From the NCBI RefSeq assembly GCF_000006765.1, contig NC_002516.2: a stretch of 64,000 nucleotides of DNA. One strand, 5' to 3'. Under the pieces are notes generated by a model that saw nothing but the letters and a program-made list of their open reading frames with translations, searched no databases and had not been told where the DNA came from. Below, piece by piece: positions 8,619 to 16,917 of the stretch. The number at the start of each line of letters is the position of its first letter. The stretch's first letter is position 1. The stretch is from Pseudomonas aeruginosa PAO1. GTDB taxonomy: Bacteria > Pseudomonadota > Gammaproteobacteria > Pseudomonadales > Pseudomonadaceae. The position numbers and the translations under genes are program-made.

Positions 8619-9122
8619 TCAGCAGGTGCAGCACATCATCGGCATGCCGTTGCAACTCATCATCATCGGCATGCCGCACTCCATCATCTTCGCCATCAGC
8701 ATGCAGCAGTTCTTGAACATCTCCATGTCCATGCCCTGCATCGGCATCATCCTGCAGTGCATGGCGTCGCCCTGCATGGAGCACTCCATCATGCACTTCA
8801 TCGGAGCCATGCCCATCATCGGCATGCCCATCCCCATGCCCATCGTCGGCATCATCGCCATGCAGGCCTGGGACATGCCCATCATCGCCAGGTTGCCGCA
8901 CTGCATCATCATGGGCATGCCGCAGTTCATCATCATCGCCATCATCTCGGCGCTGTTGCGGAACTGGCCCATGTCCATACCCATCGCCGGCATCATCTTG
9001 CACAGCATGCCGTCGTCCATCGTTTCGCACTGCATGGTCGCCATCATCATCGGCATGCCCATCATGGGCATCATCGGCATGGCGGCATTCATGTTCATCG
9101 GCATCTGCATGGCATTCATCAT
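8619..9122 (-). CDS. Methionine/cysteine-rich protein of 167 aa with two internal repeats; function unknown
   Basis: AGGAG RBS 8 nt before ATG 9122; manual count 67 Met and 15 Cys; two homologous repeats of about 60 aa; followed by a terminator; candidate TTGCCG-N16-TAGAAT promoter at 9197-9170. Confidence 0.8.
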   Translation of the reverse strand: MMNAMQMPMNMNAAMPMMPMMGMPMMMATMQCETMDDGMLCKMMPAMGMDMGQFRNSAEMMAMMMNCGMPMMMQCGNLAMMGMSQACMAMMPTMGMGMGMPMMGMAPMKCMMECSMQGDAMHCRMMPMQGMDMEMFKNCCMLMAKMMECGMPMMMSCNGMPMMCCTC

Positions 9123-9421
9123 GGCGGTAACTCCTGTAGGCGAAGCGGGGGTAGGTGCGAATGGGGCCGATTCTAGGCAGCGCCGACGCACCGGCAAGAT
9201 GCCGGTGCAACAGCCGAGCCGGGCGCTGCATGGTGGCTAGCGGCGAGACAGCGAAGATGTTCGGCGCAATGACAGCGGATTCCGCTGCATGGCGGAGGAA
9301 CGCATCGTCACAGCCGGTATTTCGACGCGATGGATATTCGAAACGGACCTATCCAAATAACCCAGGTGAATAAACGTTCTAAGACCCGCAGCCTTTTTCC
9401 CCTTGCCGGGCGCAGCCCCGT

Positions 9422-10675
9422 CTATTGCGCCGCTTTCCGGTGCTCGGACGATGCCCTGCGGAAGTCGCGCGGGCCGACGCGGAAAGCGTGCGCGGCATTG
9501 CCCCAGACCAGCACGGCGGCCAAGCCGATCAGCGGTAGCAGGGTCCAGGGCAGCATCTCGCTGCCCCAGCGCTGCAACACCATGCCACCCAACGCTCCGC
9601 CGCCGGCGATGGCCAGGTTCCAGGCCACCACGATCATCGATTGGGCCAGGTCGGCGCCCTCCCCGGCGGCGTCCGCCGAGGCGGTCTGCAGCAGCGTCGC
9701 CGCGCCACCGAACGTCAGCCCCCAGAGGGCCAGGCCGGCGAACGCCAGCCAGCTCCAGCGAGCGCCCAGGCACAGCGCCAGCGCCGCCACGGCGAACAGC
9801 GCCAGGCTGGCCAGGACCATCCGCCGCAGGTGCCGGTCGACCAGCACGCCGACCAGCCAGATTCCCGCCACCGCGGCGCTGCCGAATACCAGCAGGGCCA
9901 GGTCCACCGAGGCGCCCAGGCCGACCTTGGCGAGGAACGGCGCGATATAGGTGTAGAGGATGTTGTGCGCCAGCACCCAGGCGACGATCACCAGCAATAC
10001 CGGACGCACGCCCGGCGTGCGCAGCACCCCGAGCAGGCGCAGGCGCCGCCCGGCCGGCTGGCCAGGGAAGTCCGGCACGCTGCGCAGCACCCAGCCGACC
10101 AGCAGCAGCGCGGTCAGCGACAACAGGCCGAAGGCCCAGCGCCAGCCGAGCAGGCCGCCCAGCCAGGTGCCCAGCGGAACGCCGAGCGACAGCGCCAGCG
10201 GCGCACCGAGCATGGCCACCGCCAGCGCCCGCCCCTGCTGCTCCGGCGGCACCAGGCGCCGCGCGTAGCCGGCCAGCAGGCCCCAGGCGAGGCCGGCGGC
10301 GACGCCGCTGCCGAAGCGCGCCAGCAGGGTCAGGCGGTAATCCGAGGAAACGGCGGTGAAGCTGTTGCAGACGAAGAAGATCAGCAGCGCCAGCAGCAGC
10401 ACCCGGCGCCGCCGCCAGCCCTGGGTCAGGCTCGCCGCCGGCAACGCGGCCAGTAGCGAACCCAGGGCATAGACGCTGACCAACTGCCCGGCCAGCGCCT
10501 CGCTGACCGCCAGCCCCGCGCCGATTTGCGGCAGCAGGCCGGCCGGCAGGGTTTCGCTGAGAATGGCGACGAAGCCGGACATCGCCATCGCCAGCAACGC
10601 GCTCAGCGGCAGCCGCGGCGCCACGGCCGACGCAGCGGCCCCGGCGTTCTCCGGAAATGCTTCGCGGCGTCCCAT
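9422..10675 (-). CDS. MFS transporter (DHA1 efflux-like)
   Basis: SETLPAGLLPQI, LTQGWRRRRVLL (motif A-like), about 12 hydrophobic segments; TGATG overlap with the upstream hydrolase. Confidence 0.88.
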   Translation of the reverse strand: MGRREAFPENAGAAASAVAPRLPLSALLAMAMSGFVAILSETLPAGLLPQIGAGLAVSEALAGQLVSVYALGSLLAALPAASLTQGWRRRRVLLLALLIFFVCNSFTAVSSDYRLTLLARFGSGVAAGLAWGLLAGYARRLVPPEQQGRALAVAMLGAPLALSLGVPLGTWLGGLLGWRWAFGLLSLTALLLVGWVLRSVPDFPGQPAGRRLRLLGVLRTPGVRPVLLVIVAWVLAHNILYTYIAPFLAKVGLGASVDLALLVFGSAAVAGIWLVGVLVDRHLRRMVLASLALFAVAALALCLGARWSWLAFAGLALWGLTFGGAATLLQTASADAAGEGADLAQSMIVVAWNLAIAGGGALGGMVLQRWGSEMLPWTLLPLIGLAAVLVWGNAAHAFRVGPRDFRRASSEHRKAAQ

Positions 10676-11850
10676 CAGCGCACCTCCGCGGAACGGTAGA
10701 CGGCGTCGCGCAGGTCGTTGACGAAGCGTCCCGACATGCCCTCGAACAGGGTGTTGGTGAGCGCCACCACCGACAGTTCGCGGGCCCGGTCGACGAACCA
10801 GGAATGCCCGTAGGCGCCGCCCCAGCGCCAGGTGCCGGGAGACTCCGGCGATTGCGCGATGGCCGGGTCACGCAGCACGGAGAAGCCCAGGCCGAAGCCG
10901 AAACCGGGATTGGCCGGCAGTTCCAGGCCGGGTAGCTGGTCGCGGCCCATTTCCTCCACCAGGCCAGGCGTCAGCAACGGCGCGCCGCCCTGGCGAAGGA
11001 CCTCCAGAAGGCGCAGCACGTCGCCGGCGCTGCCGATCATCCCCGCCCCGCCAGACGCATAGGCAGACGGCTCGAAGGCCCGACGCGGCTCGAAGCGAAT
11101 GCCGACGCAGTCCTCGAACGGCGTGACGGTCTCCCGCTCGGCCATCCGCCGCGGGCGTGGCCGGTCGCTGACGTAGACCGCCGCCAGGCGTTGCGCGTCG
11201 GCGCAGAGGAAGCCGCTGTCGCGCATGCCGGCTGGAATCCCGACCCGCTGCCGCAGCGCTTCCGCCAGCGGCCGCCCGTCGACCCGCTCCACCAGCGCGC
11301 CGAGCACGTCGGTGGCCAGCGAATAGCCCCAGGCGCGGCCGGGTTCGTAGAGCAAGGGCACGGAGGCCAGGCGACGGAGATTCTCGGCCAGGTCGAAACC
11401 CGGCAGGTCCATGCCATCGGAAATCCCGGCGCGGGCATAGGGGCCGTCTGCGTCGGCTTCGAGGAAGCGATAGCCGAGGCCGGCGCTGTGGCTCAGCAAC
11501 TGCCGCGGCGTGATGCGCGCCTCGCGGCCGTCGGCCAGGCGCGGACGGAACGCCGGCAACCAGTCGGCGATCGGCTCATCGAGGGCCAGCCGGCCCTCGT
11601 CCACCAGGCTCAGGGCCGCGACGCTGACGATCGGCTTGCTCACCGAGGCCAGGCGGAACAGGCTGTCCTCGCCCATTATCCGGCCGGCTTCGCGGTCGGC
11701 CAGGCCGGCAGCCCGTCGATAGAGCCACTGCCCCCGGTGTGCCACCAGCACCACCGCCCCCACCAGGCGCTGGTCGGCGAATGCCGCCTCGATCACCTGA
11801 TCGACATTTTCCGCCAGGCCGCAGCCTGGCTCTCGTTCGAAACTGGACAT
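10675..11850 (-). CDS. Serine hydrolase, beta-lactamase/family VIII esterase fold
   Basis: FRLASVSKP (SxxK), LLSHSAG, WGYS, WGGAYG motifs; no signal peptide. Confidence 0.88.
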   Translation of the reverse strand: MSSFEREPGCGLAENVDQVIEAAFADQRLVGAVVLVAHRGQWLYRRAAGLADREAGRIMGEDSLFRLASVSKPIVSVAALSLVDEGRLALDEPIADWLPAFRPRLADGREARITPRQLLSHSAGLGYRFLEADADGPYARAGISDGMDLPGFDLAENLRRLASVPLLYEPGRAWGYSLATDVLGALVERVDGRPLAEALRQRVGIPAGMRDSGFLCADAQRLAAVYVSDRPRPRRMAERETVTPFEDCVGIRFEPRRAFEPSAYASGGAGMIGSAGDVLRLLEVLRQGGAPLLTPGLVEEMGRDQLPGLELPANPGFGFGLGFSVLRDPAIAQSPESPGTWRWGGAYGHSWFVDRARELSVVALTNTLFEGMSGRFVNDLRDAVYRSAEVR

Positions 11851-11964
11851 GCGGGACTCTCCGCAGATGAAGGATGCGGACAGGCTAAGAGCGCTGCAAA
11901 AGCGGAAAAAGACGGATAGAGTTCCGTTCTATCCGGACCGTCATGTCCATAATCGGAGCCTTGC

Positions 11965-12858
11965 ATGGACAGCCTCAGCGGTTTCACCGTCTTCGTCCGC
12001 GTCGCCGAGACCCGCAGCATCGTCGGCGCCGCCCGGACCCTCGGCGTCAGCGCCTCGGCGGTGGGCAAGCGGGTCGCCCGCCTGGAAGAGAAACTCGGCG
12101 TGCGCCTGTTCCACCGCAGCACCCGCAGCATCACCCTGACCGCCGAAGGCAGCCTGTTCCTCGAGCGCAGCCGGCGCATCCTGGCCGAGATCGAAGCCAC
12201 CGAGCTGGAGCTGTCGCAAAGCCGCGAGACCCCGCGCGGGCGCCTGCGGGTCAGCCTGCCGCTGGTCAGCGGGCTGGTCCTGCCGACGCTCGCCGATTTC
12301 ATGCAGGCCTATCCGGACATCGAGCTAGACCTCGACTTCAGCGATCGCGTGGTGGATGTCGTCGACGAAGGCTTCGACGTGGTCCTGCGCACCGGCCAGC
12401 CGGTGGATTCGCGGCTGTCCATGCGCGAACTGGGTGAGTTCCAGCTGAAGCTGGTCGGCTCGCCGGCCTACTTCGCCCGCCACGGCACGCCGCGCTGCCC
12501 GGAAGACCTGCTGCGACACACCTGCCTGCACTACCGCTTCCCCAATACCGGCCGCCTCGAGGAATGGCCGCTGCGCCGCGCGGACGGCGAAGCCCCGCCG
12601 CAGATTCCGGTGTCGATGGTCTGCAACAACATCGAGACCCGCGTCTGCTTCGCCCTGCGCGACCAGGGCATCGCCTGCCTGCCGGACTTCTCGATCCGCG
12701 AGGCGCTGCGCGAAGGACGCCTGGTCAGCGTCCTCGACGCCTTCTGCGAGCGCCGCGCGCAATTCTTCCTGCTCTGGCCGTCCGGCCGCCAGGTCTCGCC
12801 CAAGCTGCGCGCCTTCATCGACTTCGTCGCGCCACGGGTGATCGCCACGCTGGGCTGA
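11965..12858 (+). CDS. LysR-family transcriptional regulator
   Basis: N-terminal HTH (SASAVGKRVARLEEKLGVRLFHRSTRSITLT); divergent from the hydrolase-MFS pair. Confidence 0.92.
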   Translation: MDSLSGFTVFVRVAETRSIVGAARTLGVSASAVGKRVARLEEKLGVRLFHRSTRSITLTAEGSLFLERSRRILAEIEATELELSQSRETPRGRLRVSLPLVSGLVLPTLADFMQAYPDIELDLDFSDRVVDVVDEGFDVVLRTGQPVDSRLSMRELGEFQLKLVGSPAYFARHGTPRCPEDLLRHTCLHYRFPNTGRLEEWPLRRADGEAPPQIPVSMVCNNIETRVCFALRDQGIACLPDFSIREALREGRLVSVLDAFCERRAQFFLLWPSGRQVSPKLRAFIDFVAPRVIATLG

Positions 12859-12961
12859 AGCGCGCCTGGCAGGGCCGGTCAAGCCGGCGGCAGACAGGAA
12901 CAAGACCGCGGCGGCCACGGAGCGTCTAATAGATACATCCACCCCTTGCCAGGCCGCATCC

Positions 12962-14260
12962 ATGATCAACATCGAGACGCCGACCTACTACACGGCGACC
13001 AAGAAGTACGAATTGTCCTTCCCCTCCCTGGAAACCGACCTGGACGCCGACGTGGTGGTGATCGGCGGCGGCTTCTCCGGGATCAACACCGCGCTTGAGC
13101 TGGCCGAGCACGGCATCACCGACATCGTCGTGCTGGAGGCCCGCCACCTCGGCTTCGGCGGTACCGGGCGCAACGGCGGGCAGATCATGGCCGGCATCGG
13201 CCACGACCTGGAGAAGATCCGCAAGGATGTCGGCGAGGACGGCCTGCGGGCGATCTTCGAGATCAGCGACCTCGGCGCCGACATCATCAAGGGCCGTATC
13301 GAGAAGTACGCCATCGACGCCGACTTCTGCCACGGCTACGGCTACATGGGCTTCAACGCACGCCAGGCGAAGACCCTGCAGGCCTGGGAAAAGGAATTCC
13401 GGTCGCTCGGCTCGCCCCATGAGATCCGTTACCTGCACGGTGCCGAGGTGCGCCAGATCATCGGCTCGGACGCCTACGGCAGCGCCCTGCTGCACATGGG
13501 CGGCGGCCATGTGCACTCGCTCAACCTGCTGCTCGGCGAAGCCAAGGCGCTGGCCGGCCTCGGCGCACGGATATTCGAATACAGCCCGGCGCTGGAGGTG
13601 CAATACGGCGAGCGCATCCGCGTGCGCACGGCCAAGGGCTCGGTCACCGCGAACAAGCTGCTCTGGGCCTGCGACAGCTTCCTCAACCGGCTCGAACCCG
13701 AGCTGCACCGCACCACCATCAATACCTACGCGTTCCAGATGATGACCGAGCCGCTGCCGGACGAACTGATCCAGCGGATCAGCCCGATCCGCGGCGCCTA
13801 CAGCGACATCCGCCCGGTCATCGACTACTACCGGGTGACCAACGAGAACCGCCTGCTGTTCGGCGCCGCCACACCCTTCGTCGAACGCATCCCCGGCGAC
13901 CTCAAGGCCTGGAACCGCAAGCTGATGCTGAAGATCTTCCCCTACCTGGAGCACGTCCGCATCGACCTCGCCTGGGGTGGGCCGATGGCTTGCAGCGCCA
14001 ACCTGTTCCCGCAGATCGGCAGCCTCTCGGGGCGGCCCAACGCGTTCTTCGTCCAGGGTTATTCCGGGTTCGGCGTGACCCCCAGCCACATCGTCTGCAA
14101 GGTCCTCGCCGAAGGCATGAGCGAAGGCTCGGCGCGCTACGACCTGCTCAGCTCGGTACGCCGCATCCCGATCCACGGCAAGGACCACTTCCGCCCGCTG
14201 CTGCTCAGCGCGGGCAAGACCTGGCACCAGCTCTCCGGCTACTGGAACGGCCGGCGCTGA
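12962..14260 (+). CDS. FAD-dependent oxidoreductase (PuuB/DadA-like)
   Basis: VVVIGGGFSG dinucleotide fold, GGTGRNGG, GYSGFGV. Confidence 0.85.
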   Translation: MINIETPTYYTATKKYELSFPSLETDLDADVVVIGGGFSGINTALELAEHGITDIVVLEARHLGFGGTGRNGGQIMAGIGHDLEKIRKDVGEDGLRAIFEISDLGADIIKGRIEKYAIDADFCHGYGYMGFNARQAKTLQAWEKEFRSLGSPHEIRYLHGAEVRQIIGSDAYGSALLHMGGGHVHSLNLLLGEAKALAGLGARIFEYSPALEVQYGERIRVRTAKGSVTANKLLWACDSFLNRLEPELHRTTINTYAFQMMTEPLPDELIQRISPIRGAYSDIRPVIDYYRVTNENRLLFGAATPFVERIPGDLKAWNRKLMLKIFPYLEHVRIDLAWGGPMACSANLFPQIGSLSGRPNAFFVQGYSGFGVTPSHIVCKVLAEGMSEGSARYDLLSSVRRIPIHGKDHFRPLLLSAGKTWHQLSGYWNGRR

Positions 14261-14292
14261 AACCTACCGATCACTCTACAAGGAGCATTCCC

Positions 14293-14658
14293 ATGGCCAT
14301 TACCGTTATCCGCCACGGCATCACCCTCGACGAACTGGACGCCTGGGGCAGCGTCGCCGACCTCGGCTCGGAGATCCTCGAAGGCGAGGTGAAAGCCTTC
14401 GGCAAGATGACCGCAGGAGCCCCCACCGACCCGGTCAGCGCCGCCTACTTCGGCACCACCGCCGGCAAGTTCCGCATGACCTATCCGTTCAGCGAACAGG
14501 CCACGGTGGTCAGCGGCGAGGTCCGCCTCACCGACGAGTCCACCGGCCAGAGCACGCTCTACAAGGCCGGCGACAGCTGGTTCGTCAGCAAGGGCACCCC
14601 GGTGCTCTGGGAGGTTGCCGACGGCGGCTTCGTCAAGCACTACTACGCGGTGGCTTGA
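14293..14658 (+). CDS. Cupin-domain protein (DUF861/EutQ-like)
   Basis: AGGAG RBS; YPFSEQATVVSGEVRLTDE...YKAGDSWFVSKG cupin pattern. Confidence 0.8.
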   Translation: MAITVIRHGITLDELDAWGSVADLGSEILEGEVKAFGKMTAGAPTDPVSAAYFGTTAGKFRMTYPFSEQATVVSGEVRLTDESTGQSTLYKAGDSWFVSKGTPVLWEVADGGFVKHYYAVA

Positions 14659-14874
14659 GACACCGAAGAGACGGCGAGCCGTTACGCAAGGCGTGCGCCT
14701 GCGGCGCTGCCCAACCCTCGACACGCCCCCGTAGGGCGAATAACCGCTCGCGGTTATCCGCCGTGAAACCCGTCGTAACGGCGGATAGCGCCTGCGGCGC
14801 TATTCGCCCTACCGGCAAGCCGTTACGCCCGGCGACGCTGCCCAACCCTCGACATGTCCCCGTAGGGCAATGAA

Positions 14875-14887
14875 ATGGACTCCTCCC
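14875..14887 (+). repeat. Left subterminal inverted repeat ATGGACTCCTCCC
   Basis: Exact reverse complement of 16224-16236. Confidence 0.95.
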
Positions 14888-14947
14888 TCCTACGGCGTCA
14901 AGCGCCAGACTAATGGTGCAGCCACAAGTCCCGGAGGGGGAGTCAGC

Positions 14948-15964
14948 ATGAACCTTAGTCGCATTGGTCTGGATCTGGCAAAACAAGTATTCCAGGTGCA
15001 CGGCGTTGATCGTCACGAGCATGTGGTATGTCGTCGCCAACTCAAGCGGGCACAGGTGCGGGATTTCTTTCGCCAACTGCCGCCGTGCCTGGTGGCGATG
15101 GAGGCCTGCGGCAGTGCGCACTACTGGGCGCGCGAGTTGCGGGAGCTGGGCCACACGGTACGCCTGATCGCACCGCAGTTCGTAAAACCCTACGTCAAGG
15201 GTGACAAGCACGATGCACACGACGCCGAGGCGATCTGCGAAGCCGCCAGTCGTCCGAGCATGCGCTATGTCCCGGTGAAGAGCGCAGAGCAGCAGGCCGT
15301 GCAGTCGATGCATCGGGTGCGCAGTCGTCTAGTGCGGGCCCGCACGGCGTTGTGCAATGAGGTGCGTGGCTTGCTGGGTGAGTTCGGGCTGATCGCGACT
15401 CGACGTGGGCGAGCGGCGACGATGGCCTTGCTCGAAACGGTCATGGCTACCGAGCCGGCGCCCTTGCCGGCCCCGATGGGCGAGCTGTTGCGTGAATTGA
15501 AAGATGAATTGCAGACGCTGGAGGCGCGCATCGCTCGACTGGAGCGACAGATTCAGGCTCACGTACGTGGCGATGCCCGCATCCAGCGCCTGCTGGCGGT
15601 GGAAGGCATCGGCCCGATCAGCGCCAGCGCGGTGGCGGCATCCGCCGGTGATGCACGGCAATTCCGCACGGGCCGCCAGTTTGCGGCCTGGCTGGGCCTG
15701 GTGCCACGGCAGCACTCCACGGGCGGGCAGCAGCGCTTGGGCAACATCAGCAAGCGCGGCGATACCTACTTGCGGACCTTGCTCATCCATGGCGCCCGTG
15801 CAGTCGTGCGCTGTTGCGCCAACAAGACCGATGCCCGCAGCCGCTGGCTGCAAGGTCTGCTGCAACGGCGTCCTGCCAATGTCGTCGCCGTTGCCCTGGC
15901 CAACAAGAATGCCCGGATCCTTTGGGCTTTACTCAGCCGGGAGACATGCTACCGGCCCGGTTGA
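14948..15964 (+). CDS. IS110/IS1111-family transposase (DEDD recombinase), 338 aa
   Basis: IGLDLAK, VAMEACG, KHDAHDAEAIC (DEDD); C-terminal GLVPRQHSTGG serine motif and GDTYLRTLLIHGA; GGAGGGGG RBS. Confidence 0.96.
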   Translation: MNLSRIGLDLAKQVFQVHGVDRHEHVVCRRQLKRAQVRDFFRQLPPCLVAMEACGSAHYWARELRELGHTVRLIAPQFVKPYVKGDKHDAHDAEAICEAASRPSMRYVPVKSAEQQAVQSMHRVRSRLVRARTALCNEVRGLLGEFGLIATRRGRAATMALLETVMATEPAPLPAPMGELLRELKDELQTLEARIARLERQIQAHVRGDARIQRLLAVEGIGPISASAVAASAGDARQFRTGRQFAAWLGLVPRQHSTGGQQRLGNISKRGDTYLRTLLIHGARAVVRCCANKTDARSRWLQGLLQRRPANVVAVALANKNARILWALLSRETCYRPG

Positions 15965-16223
15965 GCGTTCCTGCCACACCGTAGTTGAAACATCCACCAC
16001 GATTGCTCAGTGAATGACAATGATGACGAACCGGTCGAACCGGCCTGCATGAAACCTGGTTTATACGTGGGCTCCCTGCTGCAGTGAAGCAAAGCCGTTA
16101 GGGCGATCAGGTATGCAGGCGCGCATTTCATCAGGGCTCGGGAGTTGCAACACCACTCCATGAAGCCGGATATACGGATGCAGTCGTACACAGGTTTGAA
16201 ATCAAGACAAACACTGGCAAACC
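15965..16223 (+). ncRNA. Predicted bridge RNA/seekRNA in the IS right non-coding end (structured core about 16031-16185)
   Basis: Stems GCCTGCAT/ATGCAGGC and ACCTGG/TCAGGT enclose loops carrying TAGGGCGA (identical to the target) and TTATACG; a second loop carries CATTTCAT and ATATAC (matching the element's ends). RNA boundaries are inferred. Confidence 0.78.
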
Positions 16224-16236
16224 GGGAGGAGTCCAT
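16224..16236 (+). repeat. Right subterminal inverted repeat GGGAGGAGTCCAT
   Basis: Exact reverse complement of 14875-14887. Confidence 0.95.
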
Positions 16237-16917
16237 ATACGAATAACCGCTCGCGGTTATCCGCCGTGAAACCCGGCGTAACGGCGCATAGCGCCTGCGG
16301 CGCTATTCGCCCTACTCGGCAAGCCGTTCCGCCCGGAGGCGCTGCCCAGCCCTCGACATGTCCCCGTAGGGCGAATAACCGCTCGCGGTTATCCGCCGTG
16401 AAACCCGGCGTAACGGCGGATAGCGCCTGCGGCGCTATTCGCCCTACCGGCAAGCCGTTACGCCCGGCGACGCTGCCCAACCCTCGACATGTCCCCGTAG
16501 GGCGAATAACCGCTCGCGGTTATCCGCCGTGAAACCCGGCGTAACGGCGCATAGCGCCCGCGGCGCTATTCGCCCTACCCGACAAGCCGTTACGCCCGGC
16601 GGCGCTGCCCAGCCCTCGACACGCCCCGTAGGGCGAATAACCGCTCGCGGTTATCCGCCGTGAAACCCGGCGTAACGGCGGATAGCGCCTGCGGCGCTAT
16701 TCGCCCTACCCGACAAGCCGTTACGCCCGGCGGCGCTGCCCAGCCCTCGACACGCCCCCGTAGGGCGAATAACCGCTCGCGGTTATCCGCCGTGAAATCC
16801 GGCGTAACGGCGGATAGCGCCTGCGCGCTATCCGCCCTACCCGGCGAGCCGTTACGCCCGGAGGCGCAACCCGGCCCTCGACATGTCCCTGAACGGCCGC
16901 ACCGTCGGGCCGCGGGT

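Larger units (their letters stand above)
14868..16239 (+). mobile_element. IS110-family, IS1111-group insertion sequence (ISPa11-like), about 1372 bp, inserted in a REP
   Basis: Perfect 13-bp subterminal IRs set 7 nt and 3 nt inside the ends; removing the element restores GTAGGGCGAATAACC; no target duplication; DEDD transposase. The name ISPa11 is from recall of a REP-targeting P. aeruginosa element. Confidence 0.92.
14675..16890. repeat. GTAG-family REP/BIME-like tandem array, about 131-bp period, 6 units, interrupted by the IS
   Basis: GTAGGGCGAATAACCGCTCGCGGTTATCCGCC starts at 14731, 14862 (split), 16366, 16497, 16628 and 16760, each paired with an inverted GTAGGGCGAATAGCGCC REP. Confidence 0.92.

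Noticed and set aside
8560-9240. Overlapping His-rich and Ile-rich ORFs (8560-9240 +, 8757-9176 +, 8584-9231 -)
   Set aside because: These are frame shadows of the ATG-rich gene (ATG read as CAT/ATC/GAT). Only the Met frame has an RBS and a conserved repeat pattern.
10675-11850. Acquired beta-lactamase resistance gene
   Set aside because: No signal peptide, host-like GC and no mobile context; motifs fit family VIII esterase-like hydrolases.
14870-14947. N-terminal extension of the transposase from ATG 14870
   Set aside because: It starts inside the terminal/IR sequence; the strong RBS and the family N-terminus (IGLD) point to ATG 14948.
14860-16245. Target-site duplication flanking the IS
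   Set aside because: Only a single C is shared by both junctions, consistent with conservative IS110-type recombination rather than a TSD.
14675-16890. Regularly spaced repeats as a CRISPR array
   Set aside because: The inter-repeat segments are near-identical rather than unique spacers, the units are alternating inverted GTAG REPs, and no cas genes are present.
16202-16900. ORFs spanning the REP units (16266-16532, 16202-16480, 16660 onward)
   Set aside because: Translations of repeats with no independent coding evidence.
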